A stretch of 64,000 bases of DNA, taken from an uncultured Candidatus Saccharibacteria bacterium (GTDB lineage Bacteria > Patescibacteriota > Minisyncoccia > Phycocordibacterales > JACOZG01). Positions 9,257 to 18,920 of the stretch are shown in pieces. Position numbers and translations under genes: made by a program. How positions within the stretch are numbered: position 1 is the stretch's first letter; every line of letters begins with the position of its first letter. The stretch spans positions 19,081 to 83,080 of the forward strand of contig CAYUVV010000002.1 of assembly GCA_964448295.1 (NCBI GenBank), read 5' to 3'. The notes under the pieces are model-generated. The model was not told where the DNA came from, made no database searches, and saw only the letters and a list, made by a program, of their open reading frames with translations.

Positions 9257-10186
9257 GTGCTGGCGGCGACCATTCGTCCTCATTTTGCCCTGTCTGCTCC
9301 GGCGGCGGTTGGTCGGGTTGGCAATTCTCAAACCATCTCTTTGCCCGATGGGTTGCCCTCCTATTACCTTCTGGCGCGGGGCGGAGGTGAAACACTGATT
9401 ATTGATGACAGCGTTCTCGCGGCCGAGGTGACGGCGCCGAACCGTCCCCTCTCGACCAGTGGCACGAGTGGTCAGGTTAGTTTGTATGTTGTGCGCCCGG
9501 GCGACTCCCTCTCGCAAATTGCTGAAATGTTTTCCGTGTCGGCAAACACCATCATTTGGGCCAACGACCTAGACCGCGCCGGAGAACTGATTGCGCCCGG
9601 GCAGGTGCTCGTTATTTTACCGATCTCGGGCGTTCAACATACGGTGGTCAAGGGCGATACGCTAGCCGGTATCGCCAAAAAATACGAAGGCGATTTGGAC
9701 GATCTGGTTAAGTGGAACGGGCTGGACCCCGATGCCCCGCTTGCTTTAGGCGCGGTGGTGACGATTCCCGACGGTGTGATGGCCACACCGGCGCCGAGCG
9801 CGGGGAGTAAGGGGGTGCCGGCAGGTAGCGGCCCTGAGTACGCCGGTTATTACCTCCGTCCGATTGATGGCGGTGTGCGGACGCAAGGGATTCACGGTTA
9901 CAATGGAGTAGATTTGGCCACGGCCGCCGGTTCGCCGATCTACGCCGCCGCCGCCGGCACGGTCATCGTCAGCAAAACTGGCGGTTGGAACGGCGGCTAC
10001 GGCAATTACATCGTGATCCGTCACAACAACGGCACACAAACACTCTACGCTCACAACCAGAAAAATCTTGTAACGACCGGCGAGCGGGTGGCGCAAGGTG
10101 ATGTGATCGGGTACATCGGTTCGACCGGCAAATCCACCGGTCCCCACGTCCATTTCGAAATCCGTGGGGCCAAGAATCCGTTTTAG
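9257..10186 (+). CDS. Peptidoglycan hydrolase: two LysM domains followed by an M23 (LytM) peptidase domain
   Basis: LysM segments (YVVRPGDSLSQIAEMF..., HTVVKGDTLAGIAKKY...). M23 catalytic motifs HxxxD and HxH (GPHVHFEIR). The real start is likely upstream (hydrophobic leader in frame). Confidence 0.85.
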   Translation: MLAATIRPHFALSAPAAVGRVGNSQTISLPDGLPSYYLLARGGGETLIIDDSVLAAEVTAPNRPLSTSGTSGQVSLYVVRPGDSLSQIAEMFSVSANTIIWANDLDRAGELIAPGQVLVILPISGVQHTVVKGDTLAGIAKKYEGDLDDLVKWNGLDPDAPLALGAVVTIPDGVMATPAPSAGSKGVPAGSGPEYAGYYLRPIDGGVRTQGIHGYNGVDLATAAGSPIYAAAAGTVIVSKTGGWNGGYGNYIVIRHNNGTQTLYAHNQKNLVTTGERVAQGDVIGYIGSTGKSTGPHVHFEIRGAKNPF

Positions 10187-10274
10187 CCCAAGCTTTTTAA
10201 TCAAAAAAATAACAGCGCCGGCTCGGAACGAGTGGGCGCTGTTTTGAATCAAGCAAGGAAAGACAGAGAAACGA

Positions 10275-11105
10275 TTACCACACTCGCCAGCCGAAGAACT
10301 TAACCGTTTCTACTTGTGGTATCAAGTGGCGGGCGAGCTTGAACTCGAGGGCTCCGCAAAACAGAGCGATGAGTCCGCCGCCGGGCGCCATTACCGGGTT
10401 TCTGGTAAGCAGATAACCAGCTGTGGCGCCGACTCCGGCCGATAAAGCGTAAAGCCAACGCGCATCGGAATGAATGGCCTTAATGGTAAGCCACACGACT
10501 CGTTTCAACATCACGCCGAGCCAACAACCGACGGCGATGATGATAAGCCCTAGGGCAACGGCCATGATCAGCATTACCCACGGCATCCAAAACAAGCAAA
10601 CGGGGATGAGCGCCACCATTACGATTTGGGCTTTCAGCCAGTTATCACGACCAAAAACATCATATTGTCTGTCTAGTTCCATACCTATGATCAAATTATA
10701 CACACAAAAAACAACTAAAATCGCCGCGGTGCCAACTGGTTCGTTGCTTATTACAAACCAGTGATCTGTTGGCACCCACCAACACAGAATACTGCCAAGT
10801 AACAGGGTTGGTATTGCTCCAAAAGCAAAAACGGCCAGGGCGATAACCAACCATGCAAGAACATCCTGCGATACCGCCGCGATACTTTGCGTAACGGCAC
10901 TACGCTGAAACGTCTGTTGTCCGGCTCGTTTAACAGCCCTCACTACTGCTTGTTTGTCGTAAACGAGATAAGCGCCGGTCATCGCCACGGCTGTTCCCAC
11001 CCAGCAGAACCAGGTGGAAAGTAGGTACTGACCGATGGCGGTACCCGCCGTTCCCCAAGTGAATAACCACAACCAAAAACCCAACTCCTTCGTTTTGTTG
11101 TTCAC
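10275..11105 (-). CDS. Integral membrane protein, unknown function
   Basis: ORF track. Multiple hydrophobic segments. Confidence 0.45.
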   Translation of the reverse strand: MNNKTKELGFWLWLFTWGTAGTAIGQYLLSTWFCWVGTAVAMTGAYLVYDKQAVVRAVKRAGQQTFQRSAVTQSIAAVSQDVLAWLVIALAVFAFGAIPTLLLGSILCWWVPTDHWFVISNEPVGTAAILVVFCVYNLIIGMELDRQYDVFGRDNWLKAQIVMVALIPVCLFWMPWVMLIMAVALGLIIIAVGCWLGVMLKRVVWLTIKAIHSDARWLYALSAGVGATAGYLLTRNPVMAPGGGLIALFCGALEFKLARHLIPQVETVKFFGWRVW

Positions 11106-11185
11106 GTCTAAACCCTCTCTTTCTTTGGAAAAGGACTAACACACCCCTCTCGCACGTTATCACATATTTTAAATTATTGCAATGG

Positions 11186-12748
11186 CTACTGCATCACCCG
11201 TGGGCGATATTGTATGGCCTCGAGGAGATGGGGCGCGGCAATTTGCTCGGCGCCTTCGAGGTCGGCGATGGTTCGCGCCAGTTTGATTACCCGATGATAG
11301 GCGCGGGCCGAGAGATCCAGTTTGCGCGCTGATTGATTTAGGAGTTCCGTGCTCGGCCCATCGAGCGCCGCGAAGCGGCGCAACTCCTTCAAGCCCATCT
11401 CGCTATTAGTGTTGATGGTGAGACCGGCTTGGCGGAAGCGCTGTTTTTGCCGAGCTCGAGCGGTTGCGATTTTGGCTCGGACGGCGGCCGAGCTCTCCCC
11501 TGTCGGTAGGCCGGAGAGTTTGCTCGGGTCAATTTGCGGCACGTCGAGCCAGAGATCGAGCCGGTCAATGATCGGGCCGGAGAGTTTGCGTCGGTAACGC
11601 GCGAGAGCCGCGGGCGAACAAAGGCATTCCCGACCCCGGGTGCCGAAGTGGCCACAGGGGCAGGGATTCATCGTGGCGATGAGGATGAAACTTGCCGGAA
11701 AGCGGGCCGCGCCCCGGGCGCGGCTGATGTGGATGACGCGATCTTCAAGCGGTTGGCGCAGGGCCTCGATCACCCGCTTGTCGAACTCTGGGAATTCGTC
11801 CAAAAAAAGGACGCCGCGATGCGCGAGCGTAATTTCTCCCGGGCGTGGATTAGCTCCGCCGCCAACGAGTGAAACGTAGGAGGCGGTGTGGTGTGGCGCG
11901 CGGAAGGGCGGGGCGGTGACGAGACTGTCTGTTAACGTGCCCGCCGCTGAATGAATGCCGGTTACCTCCAAGACCTCTTCGGCATCAAGGGCGGGCAGGA
12001 TGCCGGTAAGCGCTTTGGCAAGCAGGGTTTTGCCGGTGCCGGGTGGACCCTGCATCGCGAGATTATGCCCGCCGGCGGCGGCGACGAGCAGGCCGCGTTT
12101 GGCTGTTTCCTGCCCGCGTATTTCGGCTAAATCCACTCCGGCCGGATGCGGTTGGAATATAATCTTGGTCGGCGCTTGGACGTTTAGTTTGCTTGCCGTC
12201 CTTACCTCTTCTCTACCGGTGTTGGTGTCAGTCGGCGGCGAGAGATGCCCCGCTAATTCTTTCAAATTGTTTATCGGGAAAATTTCCAGCCCGGTTGTTA
12301 ACGCGGCCTCGGCCGCATTTTCCGACGGCAAATACAGCTCTCTACACCCTATTTTTTTTAAGGTTTGAGCAATCAGTAGCGCGCCTTTTATTGGCCGCAA
12401 GCGTCCGTCTAGCGCCAGTTCTCCCAAAAAAGTCTTGTCTGGCGTGGCAAACTGAACGAGGCCGGTGGCGAGCAAATAGCTCATCGCAATCGCCAAATCA
12501 AAAATCGCCCCCTCTTTGCGTAAATCCGCCGGTGCGAGGGAGACGATTATTTTTTTGTTGCCTTTTTTGGGAGAGGGAAAACCTGAATTTTTTATAGCGG
12601 CGGTAATCCGGTCGCGTGCCTCCTCCACCGACTTGTCGGGTAAGCCAACGATAGTGAAAGATTGTAGGCCGCGGGAAATATCTACCTCCACCTCGACGGG
12701 CTCGACCGCGAGGCCAACAACTTGCGCGGCTTTAACGCGGGCGAGCAT
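11186..12748 (-). CDS. comM: YifB/ComM family Mg-chelatase-like AAA+ ATPase
   Basis: N-terminal MLARVKAAQVVGL...VEVDISRGL (Lon-like domain). Walker A GPPGTGKT and a ChlI-type C-terminus. The ORF track begins 36 codons upstream (12856); the internal Met is the more likely start. Confidence 0.85.
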   Translation of the reverse strand: MLARVKAAQVVGLAVEPVEVEVDISRGLQSFTIVGLPDKSVEEARDRITAAIKNSGFPSPKKGNKKIIVSLAPADLRKEGAIFDLAIAMSYLLATGLVQFATPDKTFLGELALDGRLRPIKGALLIAQTLKKIGCRELYLPSENAAEAALTTGLEIFPINNLKELAGHLSPPTDTNTGREEVRTASKLNVQAPTKIIFQPHPAGVDLAEIRGQETAKRGLLVAAAGGHNLAMQGPPGTGKTLLAKALTGILPALDAEEVLEVTGIHSAAGTLTDSLVTAPPFRAPHHTASYVSLVGGGANPRPGEITLAHRGVLFLDEFPEFDKRVIEALRQPLEDRVIHISRARGAARFPASFILIATMNPCPCGHFGTRGRECLCSPAALARYRRKLSGPIIDRLDLWLDVPQIDPSKLSGLPTGESSAAVRAKIATARARQKQRFRQAGLTINTNSEMGLKELRRFAALDGPSTELLNQSARKLDLSARAYHRVIKLARTIADLEGAEQIAAPHLLEAIQYRPRVMQ

Positions 12749-13127
12749 TGTCCTCGCCCGCGTCGTTTTCCATATGCCGACGGCAGGTGCGAGCGGCCGG
12801 ATTGGCCTCGAGGCGTTCGCGGCTGATTTCCTCACCACCAATTTCACAAACGCCATAAGTTCCGTTAGTTATGCGCGCTAGGGCTTCGTTTACCTCGCGC
12901 AGGCGGGTTTCGAGCGGAGTGGTCAAACCCTCGCGAGCGTCTTGTTCTTCCAGACGATCGGCGACTTCGTCGCGAAAATCATCCCCGCCTTCTTTGGGTG
13001 GGATGGCTTGCCAGTTATCCGGATTGTGCGGATCTTGCTGGGCAATGCTGGAAAGTTGTTTTAACAATTCCGCTCGTTCTTGTTCCAGTCGAACCCGCAA
13101 TGATTCGATATTTAACGAGTTGTTCAT
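12732..13127 (-). CDS. DksA/TraR-family protein (degenerate zinc finger, partial Cys loss)
   Basis: Coiled-coil N-terminus and C-terminal GTYGVCEIGGEEISRERLEANPAARTC resembling the DksA C4 finger with two Cys missing. Confidence 0.6.
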   Translation of the reverse strand: MNNSLNIESLRVRLEQERAELLKQLSSIAQQDPHNPDNWQAIPPKEGGDDFRDEVADRLEEQDAREGLTTPLETRLREVNEALARITNGTYGVCEIGGEEISRERLEANPAARTCRRHMENDAGEDNARPR

Positions 13128-13147
13128 GTTGCCATCTTATCAGACTC

Positions 13148-14398
13148 TTAATTTTCTGCCAGTGGCTCTAGGATGCGCCGAGTGATTTCCGTTAAGGCCT
13201 CCGCGGTTTCGGCAATCACTACAATTTCTTCATTGACAAAGCCGTAGACGAGACGTGGAACGCCACCAATCAACGCTTCGCGGATTTCCAGATTGTTTTT
13301 GAGCTGGTTGCGAAAATCGGGAGTTGGCAATGGTCCAGTGTCGATCCGCCAGCTACGGAGGAGATCGTCTGGCAGATTTGACTCCCAAGCGCGGAGACCG
13401 GCGAGCGCGCGCTCAAACTGTTTGGATCGGAGGATTAACCAGCCCGTCGGCGGCTCGCTGGCCGCCGACGGTTGATACCAACCCGTTTGCCAATCCGGTT
13501 CTAGGTTGGTGAGCAGATCTTCAGGCGTTTTCCAACCCAGTCTTTGGTGCAGAAATCTCGGAGTTACTGGCGCGGTGGACACAATCTCGATCGCGGTCAA
13601 ACCGTGTGGCGCGGTGCTCGCCGCGCTTCGGCTTTTCGCAATTGCTTGTGCCAGATCAGCTGTTGGCGTGTCGTTTAAATTGATCACCAGGGTTTCATCG
13701 GTGCGCACGAATTTATTGCCGGATTGTCTAGTGGTAGAACCAAGGCCGGCAAACGGATTAGGAGTCGCGGAAATTAGTTTGATGACGGTATTAGGCCAAA
13801 CGTCGCGGTACCAGTAGAGCGCCACGCCCGCTCCTGTGGCGAGGAGAATAAAAATGATTTGGGCGGCACGGCGGCGCCAGACTTTTGGCGCGGGGGCGAC
13901 GATTTTAGTGATGGTTTTGGTTGTTTGGATTCGCCGGGCCTGTTCGGCGATCGCGATGCTCGCGAGCGAGGTTTCTTTTTTTTCCACCGTCGATTCCATA
14001 TCACGCTTAAGAGTGCGCACTGGCTCTAAATTGATTTCCGGCATTTGGCGCAAACGTTCTATCAAATTGCCGGTGTTTTCCGCTTGTTTTAGGCGTGCCG
14101 CTTCCTTAGTTTCGGCCATCGCCGCCGCCGCTACCGCCGCGGCGGCTCGGCGCGCCGTTTCCTCTTCGTTTGCTGCCGCCTGCGCCGCCGCCGCGGCACG
14201 TTGTTCGGCCACAGCCCGCTCGGCCTTTTCAGCCGCTAGGCGCGCCGCCCGTCGCCGTTCGTCCTCCATTGCCCGCCTCGCTTCCTGCCGGCGAGTGGCG
14301 AGGCGGGCGCGCGCGGCTTCGCGCGCCGCCTTGTGCTCCGATGTTTCCATCGCCTGTCTGGCCTCTTCCCGTCGGGCGTCGAGATCCTTTTCCATCAT
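13148..14398 (-). CDS. Hypothetical membrane protein: Ala/Arg/Glu-rich coiled-coil N-terminus, one TM segment, C-terminal globular domain
   Basis: ORF track. Low-complexity charged coiled-coil, then IIFILLATGAGVALYWY. Confidence 0.45.
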   Translation of the reverse strand: MMEKDLDARREEARQAMETSEHKAAREAARARLATRRQEARRAMEDERRRAARLAAEKAERAVAEQRAAAAAQAAANEEETARRAAAAVAAAAMAETKEAARLKQAENTGNLIERLRQMPEINLEPVRTLKRDMESTVEKKETSLASIAIAEQARRIQTTKTITKIVAPAPKVWRRRAAQIIFILLATGAGVALYWYRDVWPNTVIKLISATPNPFAGLGSTTRQSGNKFVRTDETLVINLNDTPTADLAQAIAKSRSAASTAPHGLTAIEIVSTAPVTPRFLHQRLGWKTPEDLLTNLEPDWQTGWYQPSAASEPPTGWLILRSKQFERALAGLRAWESNLPDDLLRSWRIDTGPLPTPDFRNQLKNNLEIREALIGGVPRLVYGFVNEEIVVIAETAEALTEITRRILEPLAEN

Positions 14399-14401
14399 AG
14401 A

Positions 14402-14929
14402 CTATTCCCCACTGAGATCGGCCAGTTCGGTGCGGGTTTTGTCTTCTTCGCTTAACAGCGCGCGATATTGTTTGGTAGTTTCTTCAATTTTTTGTTCTAG
14501 TTTCCACAATTCTTCTTGAATCACCCATTTTTCCTGCTCAAGGCCGTGCCGCTTAGTTTGCGTTACCCAACGCTCCGCTTCAATTTTTTGTTTTTCTGGC
14601 GGAGAAATCGTTTTGCTCTCCGTCAGTTCGCTTTTGGCTTCCAGTTCTTCCGTCTCTTTTTCCTTAGCGAGAATCGGTTCTAGTTTTTGCCGGGCCACGC
14701 GGCGTTTTTCGTCGAGATCAACCCACGCCAGCTCCAACGTTTCTTTTTGTTTTTCTAAATCAGCCAGACGCTTATTTAATGCCTCCAATTGTGAGCGTTT
14801 TTTCGCCTTCTCTTCGTCCGCTAGCCGTTTGCGCGCATGTTCTTCGCCCTCGAGCGCGCGCCGCGCCGTCTCCAATTTTTCTTCAATTGATGGCACAACC
14901 TCTTTGGCTTCTAGTTGTTCGTGTTCCAT
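14402..14929 (-). CDS. Hypothetical coiled-coil protein (Glu/Lys-rich)
   Basis: ORF track. Ends 4 nt before the downstream gene. Confidence 0.4.
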   Translation of the reverse strand: MEHEQLEAKEVVPSIEEKLETARRALEGEEHARKRLADEEKAKKRSQLEALNKRLADLEKQKETLELAWVDLDEKRRVARQKLEPILAKEKETEELEAKSELTESKTISPPEKQKIEAERWVTQTKRHGLEQEKWVIQEELWKLEQKIEETTKQYRALLSEEDKTRTELADLSGE

Positions 14930-15022
14930 TGCCGGTAATTATAAAAGAAAAAGTTTTAGATGCCCATAGTAAAACCCCCCGGCCAAAGGGCCGGGGGGTT
15001 GGCGAGAACGATTGGTTGTAAG

Positions 15023-16579
15023 TTAGAAGCAGTAAGCTTCGCAAGTGATGCCGCTAGCCGAGTCACGTGAAGTGGCGACGAGAACCCAGTTGCCGGCGTT
15101 GCCGCCGGTGCGGTCAATTTTGCACTCACCATACGGCTCACCCACAACCGCGCCGCTGGCACGATCCACCCGACTTAAGCCACAAAAGTTATAGTTGCCC
15201 ATCGTTTCCGTGTCAGAACTTACTCCGCTGGCTGAGGCCGAGTATTTGGTGGTGGTTAGATTTAAACCGTTATTTTTAACCGCTCCCCAGTTGGTAGTGA
15301 CGCCGTTACTAACTAAGGCTTGCCCGTTTTCTCCCAAGGAGCTGTTGGCATAAAAAGCCAGGTTGCCGGTTGATAAAAAGGTTAAACCTTGTCCGCCACC
15401 AGGAAGAGCGGCAATAATAGAACCAACGTGTCCCGATTCACCGCGTAGGTTACCGAAGCTGATGGCCTTGTTTTGCATGTTTAAGTCTAGCGTCGCCGTA
15501 TGATTCCCCAAATTGTCGCCGCCGGAGCCACCGGAGCCACCAAAACTACTAACCGGGTATTTTCTAATTCCTAGGGCAGGATCGTAGACCGCGATCTGTC
15601 CGGACTGCGGGGGGGTACCGCCTTGGGTTAATTTGTTAATATCCATGCTTACCGTTACCGCGCCCGTTGCTGCCGAAGTGCTTATTCCGGTGCCGGCGGT
15701 CAAGCTTGATACTCCAGCCACACCGCTACCCCCGCCGATCATCTCATCAATACAAGAGATTTGATTGCCGGCTGCGTCCCAAACCATTTTTGTTGTGTTT
15801 GGATCAGCTGTAAAGCATTGAGAATTTATTTTAAGCCACCCGCTACGACAATTATCGGCCACCGTCGGGTCGCCGATGCACACCTTGCCATCGCCAAGAA
15901 CACTAAATTTACTTGCAACCGATGAGATGTTGCCGCTTCTTAGATCAAGTATTTTGGTATTGTTTCCATTGGACAAAGTTTTTACCACCAACCCATCTCG
16001 AGTTGTTCCTGACGGGGCCGCGCCAGAATTTTCGAAATAGGCGACCTTGTCATCGGTTGAAGTTTGAACAACTAATTTTGAGCGATTAGTAAAATTGGGA
16101 TTATCCACCGAATTTCCGTAAAGTCCTATGGCAACAGTTCCTGGTAGAGAAGAGTATTGATTGTTGCCAGACGGCGTTACTGTCCAGCTCCCACTCCCAC
16201 CCCCCAGCTCGGAAATTGACTTGCAAACGGTGCCGGTTAAATCGCAGTACTTGTTGGCCCCAATGTTGCCATTAACACCAAAGTGCAAATTTGCGGGCAG
16301 GACATAGTCAGATTGAGTTATCTTGCCCAACTGCCCCAAGAGAAAACCACCGTAAAGACTATTATTAACTTGCAATGAACCCTTTTTGACTTGTGTATTA
16401 TCGGCCGTATTGATCGGCGGGTTGCAACCCGGGATATTGGGGTCCGTGCACGATGGAGGGTTATTGGGCGGATCAACCCAACCGGTAGTCTGGGCCCAGA
16501 CGGGGACGGTGGCAATTAACGCCAAACCGGCCAGAACAAGGATTAACGCCGCGCGAGAAATTTTTTTAAACTCGATCAT
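15023..16579 (-). CDS. Secreted beta-rich protein with conserved N-terminal Cys motif (C-x6-GC-x-PPI) and C-terminal Cys-rich domain; paralogous at its N-terminus to the 34594 and 36420 proteins
   Basis: Signal peptide MIEFKKISRAALILVLAGLALIATVPVWA. Motif PSCTDPNIPGCNPPINTADNTQVKKGSLQV aligns with the N-termini of the two Hep_Hag proteins. Gly/Ser/Asn/Thr-rich repeats. C-terminal CGLSRV...CKIDR...CEAYCF. Confidence 0.6.
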   Translation of the reverse strand: MIEFKKISRAALILVLAGLALIATVPVWAQTTGWVDPPNNPPSCTDPNIPGCNPPINTADNTQVKKGSLQVNNSLYGGFLLGQLGKITQSDYVLPANLHFGVNGNIGANKYCDLTGTVCKSISELGGGSGSWTVTPSGNNQYSSLPGTVAIGLYGNSVDNPNFTNRSKLVVQTSTDDKVAYFENSGAAPSGTTRDGLVVKTLSNGNNTKILDLRSGNISSVASKFSVLGDGKVCIGDPTVADNCRSGWLKINSQCFTADPNTTKMVWDAAGNQISCIDEMIGGGSGVAGVSSLTAGTGISTSAATGAVTVSMDINKLTQGGTPPQSGQIAVYDPALGIRKYPVSSFGGSGGSGGDNLGNHTATLDLNMQNKAISFGNLRGESGHVGSIIAALPGGGQGLTFLSTGNLAFYANSSLGENGQALVSNGVTTNWGAVKNNGLNLTTTKYSASASGVSSDTETMGNYNFCGLSRVDRASGAVVGEPYGECKIDRTGGNAGNWVLVATSRDSASGITCEAYCF

Positions 16580-16612
16580 GTTATTTAGGAAATTATTTTT
16601 AATTGTTAATTT

Positions 16613-16960
16613 TTAAAGTGTTTCCAACACCCGTCCGCGTTCGGCCGGAGTAAGTTTGGTTTCCGTCTCGCCGCTTTCGAGGTTGTCGAGCACGCGCGCC
16701 TGCTCGGCGGGCGTGAGTTCGTCACTCGCGCCGCTTTGCCCTTCCAAGTTTTCCAGAATTCGCGCCTGCTCGGCGGGCGTTAAGTTGGCTCCGTACCCTG
16801 TAACAGGCGTTCCCTCGTTATTTTCATTCCCGCTTGTGGCGAGATAATAGGAAACGACACCAATAATTACTAGGACGCCGGCCAGCGCGAGCGCGATCCA
16901 AGCCGCGCGCGGTGTGCGGACGTCCGTTTTAACATCAGCGACATTATTAATCTCATCCAT
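16613..16960 (-). CDS. Small membrane protein with three LTPAEQAR(I/V)L-x-NLE repeats
   Basis: ORF track. One TM segment (AAWIALALAGVLVIIGVV). Tandem peptide repeats are visible in the translation and in the DNA (16660-16800). Confidence 0.45.
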   Translation of the reverse strand: MDEINNVADVKTDVRTPRAAWIALALAGVLVIIGVVSYYLATSGNENNEGTPVTGYGANLTPAEQARILENLEGQSGASDELTPAEQARVLDNLESGETETKLTPAERGRVLETL

Positions 16961-16987
16961 ACCCGGCCATTATACCGGGTTAACGCT

Positions 16988-17557
16988 TTAAGAAGTTTTG
17001 CCGTTGTTGATAACTTGGCCGTTTTCGGCGTGATTTTGGCCGTTGGTGGCGCGCCGGCGCAAGAGGAATTTACGCGGCTGATGACCGAGATCGAAAAAAT
17101 CGTCGGCCGCCTCTTTGAGGCGGCCAGAAGTGCTCTTGCCGAAAGCGGCCACTTCTACCTGTCGCCCGTGCCACTTTAAATATTCCACTAGGGGAACGAA
17201 GTCGCCGTCGCCGGAAAGAATAATAATTGTGTCGAGCTGGCTCGAAAGCTTGATCGCGTCTACCGCCAAACCAACGTCCCAGTCGGCTTTTTTCATCCCC
17301 CCCGGGTAAATTTGCAAATCTTTGGTTTTGATTTCAATCCCGATCTTGCCGAGGGCGTCAAGAAAATTTTTCTCTTCTCCCGATTCGGTCGTAACCATAT
17401 AAGCCATAGCGCGCACCAACTGTCGCCCGCCGACGACTTCTTTAACAATCGCGCCGAAGTTGACGCGGGCTTGGTAAAGGTTTTTGGCGCAATGATAAAG
17501 ATTTTGGGTGTCAATAAAAACGCCGACCCGCTGGCTCGGATGTTTAATGATTGGCAT
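16988..17557 (-). CDS. NYN-domain (LabA-like/DUF88) putative ribonuclease
   Basis: VGVFIDTQNLY...ILSGDGDF pattern typical of the NYN/LabA fold. Confidence 0.75.
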   Translation of the reverse strand: MPIIKHPSQRVGVFIDTQNLYHCAKNLYQARVNFGAIVKEVVGGRQLVRAMAYMVTTESGEEKNFLDALGKIGIEIKTKDLQIYPGGMKKADWDVGLAVDAIKLSSQLDTIIILSGDGDFVPLVEYLKWHGRQVEVAAFGKSTSGRLKEAADDFFDLGHQPRKFLLRRRATNGQNHAENGQVINNGKTS

Positions 17558-17565
17558 AAAAAAGA

Positions 17566-17802
17566 TTATTTGGCCCCCGTCTTTTTCTGTTTTTCAATAT
17601 ATTTGAGATGCGAGCGGCGATCAGCCACCATTTTGAGGAGGCCGCGGCGCGAGTGATCATCTTGGCGATGCGTTTTCAAGTGCGTCGTCAATTCTTTGAT
17701 TCGCTCGCCCAAAACCGCCACTTGAATAGCGGAGGAGCCGGTATCGGACTCATGCAGGCGATGCTTTTTTATCAAGCCCTGCTTTTTCTTTTTGGAAATC
17801 AT
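17566..17802 (-). CDS. rpsO: 30S ribosomal protein S15
   Basis: DTGSSAIQVAVLGERIKELTTHLKTHRQDDHSRRGLLKMV matches the S15 consensus. Confidence 0.9.
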   Translation of the reverse strand: MISKKKKQGLIKKHRLHESDTGSSAIQVAVLGERIKELTTHLKTHRQDDHSRRGLLKMVADRRSHLKYIEKQKKTGAK

Positions 17803-17864
17803 AAAAGACGGTATTTGCTTATAAAAACGTTAACCTTGCTCATCCTAGCACATCCCGATCAAAT

Positions 17865-18785
17865 TTGCAATATAATGATCTAATGGACCTGACGAAATGG
17901 AAAACTGAATTTCTCGAGTATTTGGAGATTGAACGTGGTCGGAGTTTGCAAACGACGGCCAATTATGACCGCTATTTAAGCCGGTTTTTTGAATTTGCCA
18001 AAATTAAAAGGCCTGCGGAGATCACGGCGGAACTTGTGCGCCGTTATCGTCTCTGGTTGAATCGTCAATCGGCCCCGGGCGCCCACCAGACGCTTAAGAA
18101 AAATACCCAAAATTACCATCTAATTGCCCTACGCTCATTTCTCAAATTTTTAGCGCGGCGCGGAGTTGACTCCCTTTCCCCTACCGAGATTGATCTAGCA
18201 AAAACCGGCGCGCGCGATCTCGATCTTATATCACCGGCCGAGCTCCTGCGTCTGCTTGAGGCGCCTGACGTTTCCACTCCATCCGGCCGACGCGATCGGG
18301 CGATTTTAGAGCTTTTATTTTCTACCGGTTTGCGGGTTTCCGAGCTGTGCGGTCTTAACCGCGACACGATAGATCTAAAACAGGACGAGTTTTCTATTCG
18401 GGGCAAGGGGTCGAAGGTTCGGGTTGTTTTTGTGTCCCCCGCCGCCAAGCGGGCGCTTAAAAATTATCTGGAAAAACTTGATTTGCCAGGAGAGGCGCTT
18501 TTCCCCAATTTTCACCGCGGTGGTGAACGCCTGACCCCGAGAAGCATTGAACGGCTGGTCCGACATTATTCCGTTAAGGCCGGCATTAGCCGCAAAGTAA
18601 CGCCGCATGTCATCCGGCATAGTTTTGCCACCGACCTGCTACGCAACGGCGCCGATTTGCGCTCTGTCCAGATGCTCTTGGGTCATGCCAACATTGCCAC
18701 CACCCAGATTTACACTCACCTGACAGACAAACAGTTGAAAAAGGTCCATTCTCGGTTTCATCGACGGCCACCTGTGGATAACTGA
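17865..18785 (+). CDS. Tyrosine site-specific recombinase XerC/XerD family
   Basis: C-terminal catalytic motifs HVIRHSFAT...LLGHANIATTQIYTH (R-H-R-Y signature). Confidence 0.85.
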   Translation: MQYNDLMDLTKWKTEFLEYLEIERGRSLQTTANYDRYLSRFFEFAKIKRPAEITAELVRRYRLWLNRQSAPGAHQTLKKNTQNYHLIALRSFLKFLARRGVDSLSPTEIDLAKTGARDLDLISPAELLRLLEAPDVSTPSGRRDRAILELLFSTGLRVSELCGLNRDTIDLKQDEFSIRGKGSKVRVVFVSPAAKRALKNYLEKLDLPGEALFPNFHRGGERLTPRSIERLVRHYSVKAGISRKVTPHVIRHSFATDLLRNGADLRSVQMLLGHANIATTQIYTHLTDKQLKKVHSRFHRRPPVDN

Positions 18786-18920
18786 TATTGTCTTATAGGT
18801 CGTCTTTGATTATCTTATAGGACAGATATGATTTGGCCTTTAACCAGCTGCTGATGTGCCACTGGTTGTCTCATAAAACGCTTCTTCGGCAGCTATAACC
18901 ACCCAACCGTCACGGGTGGT

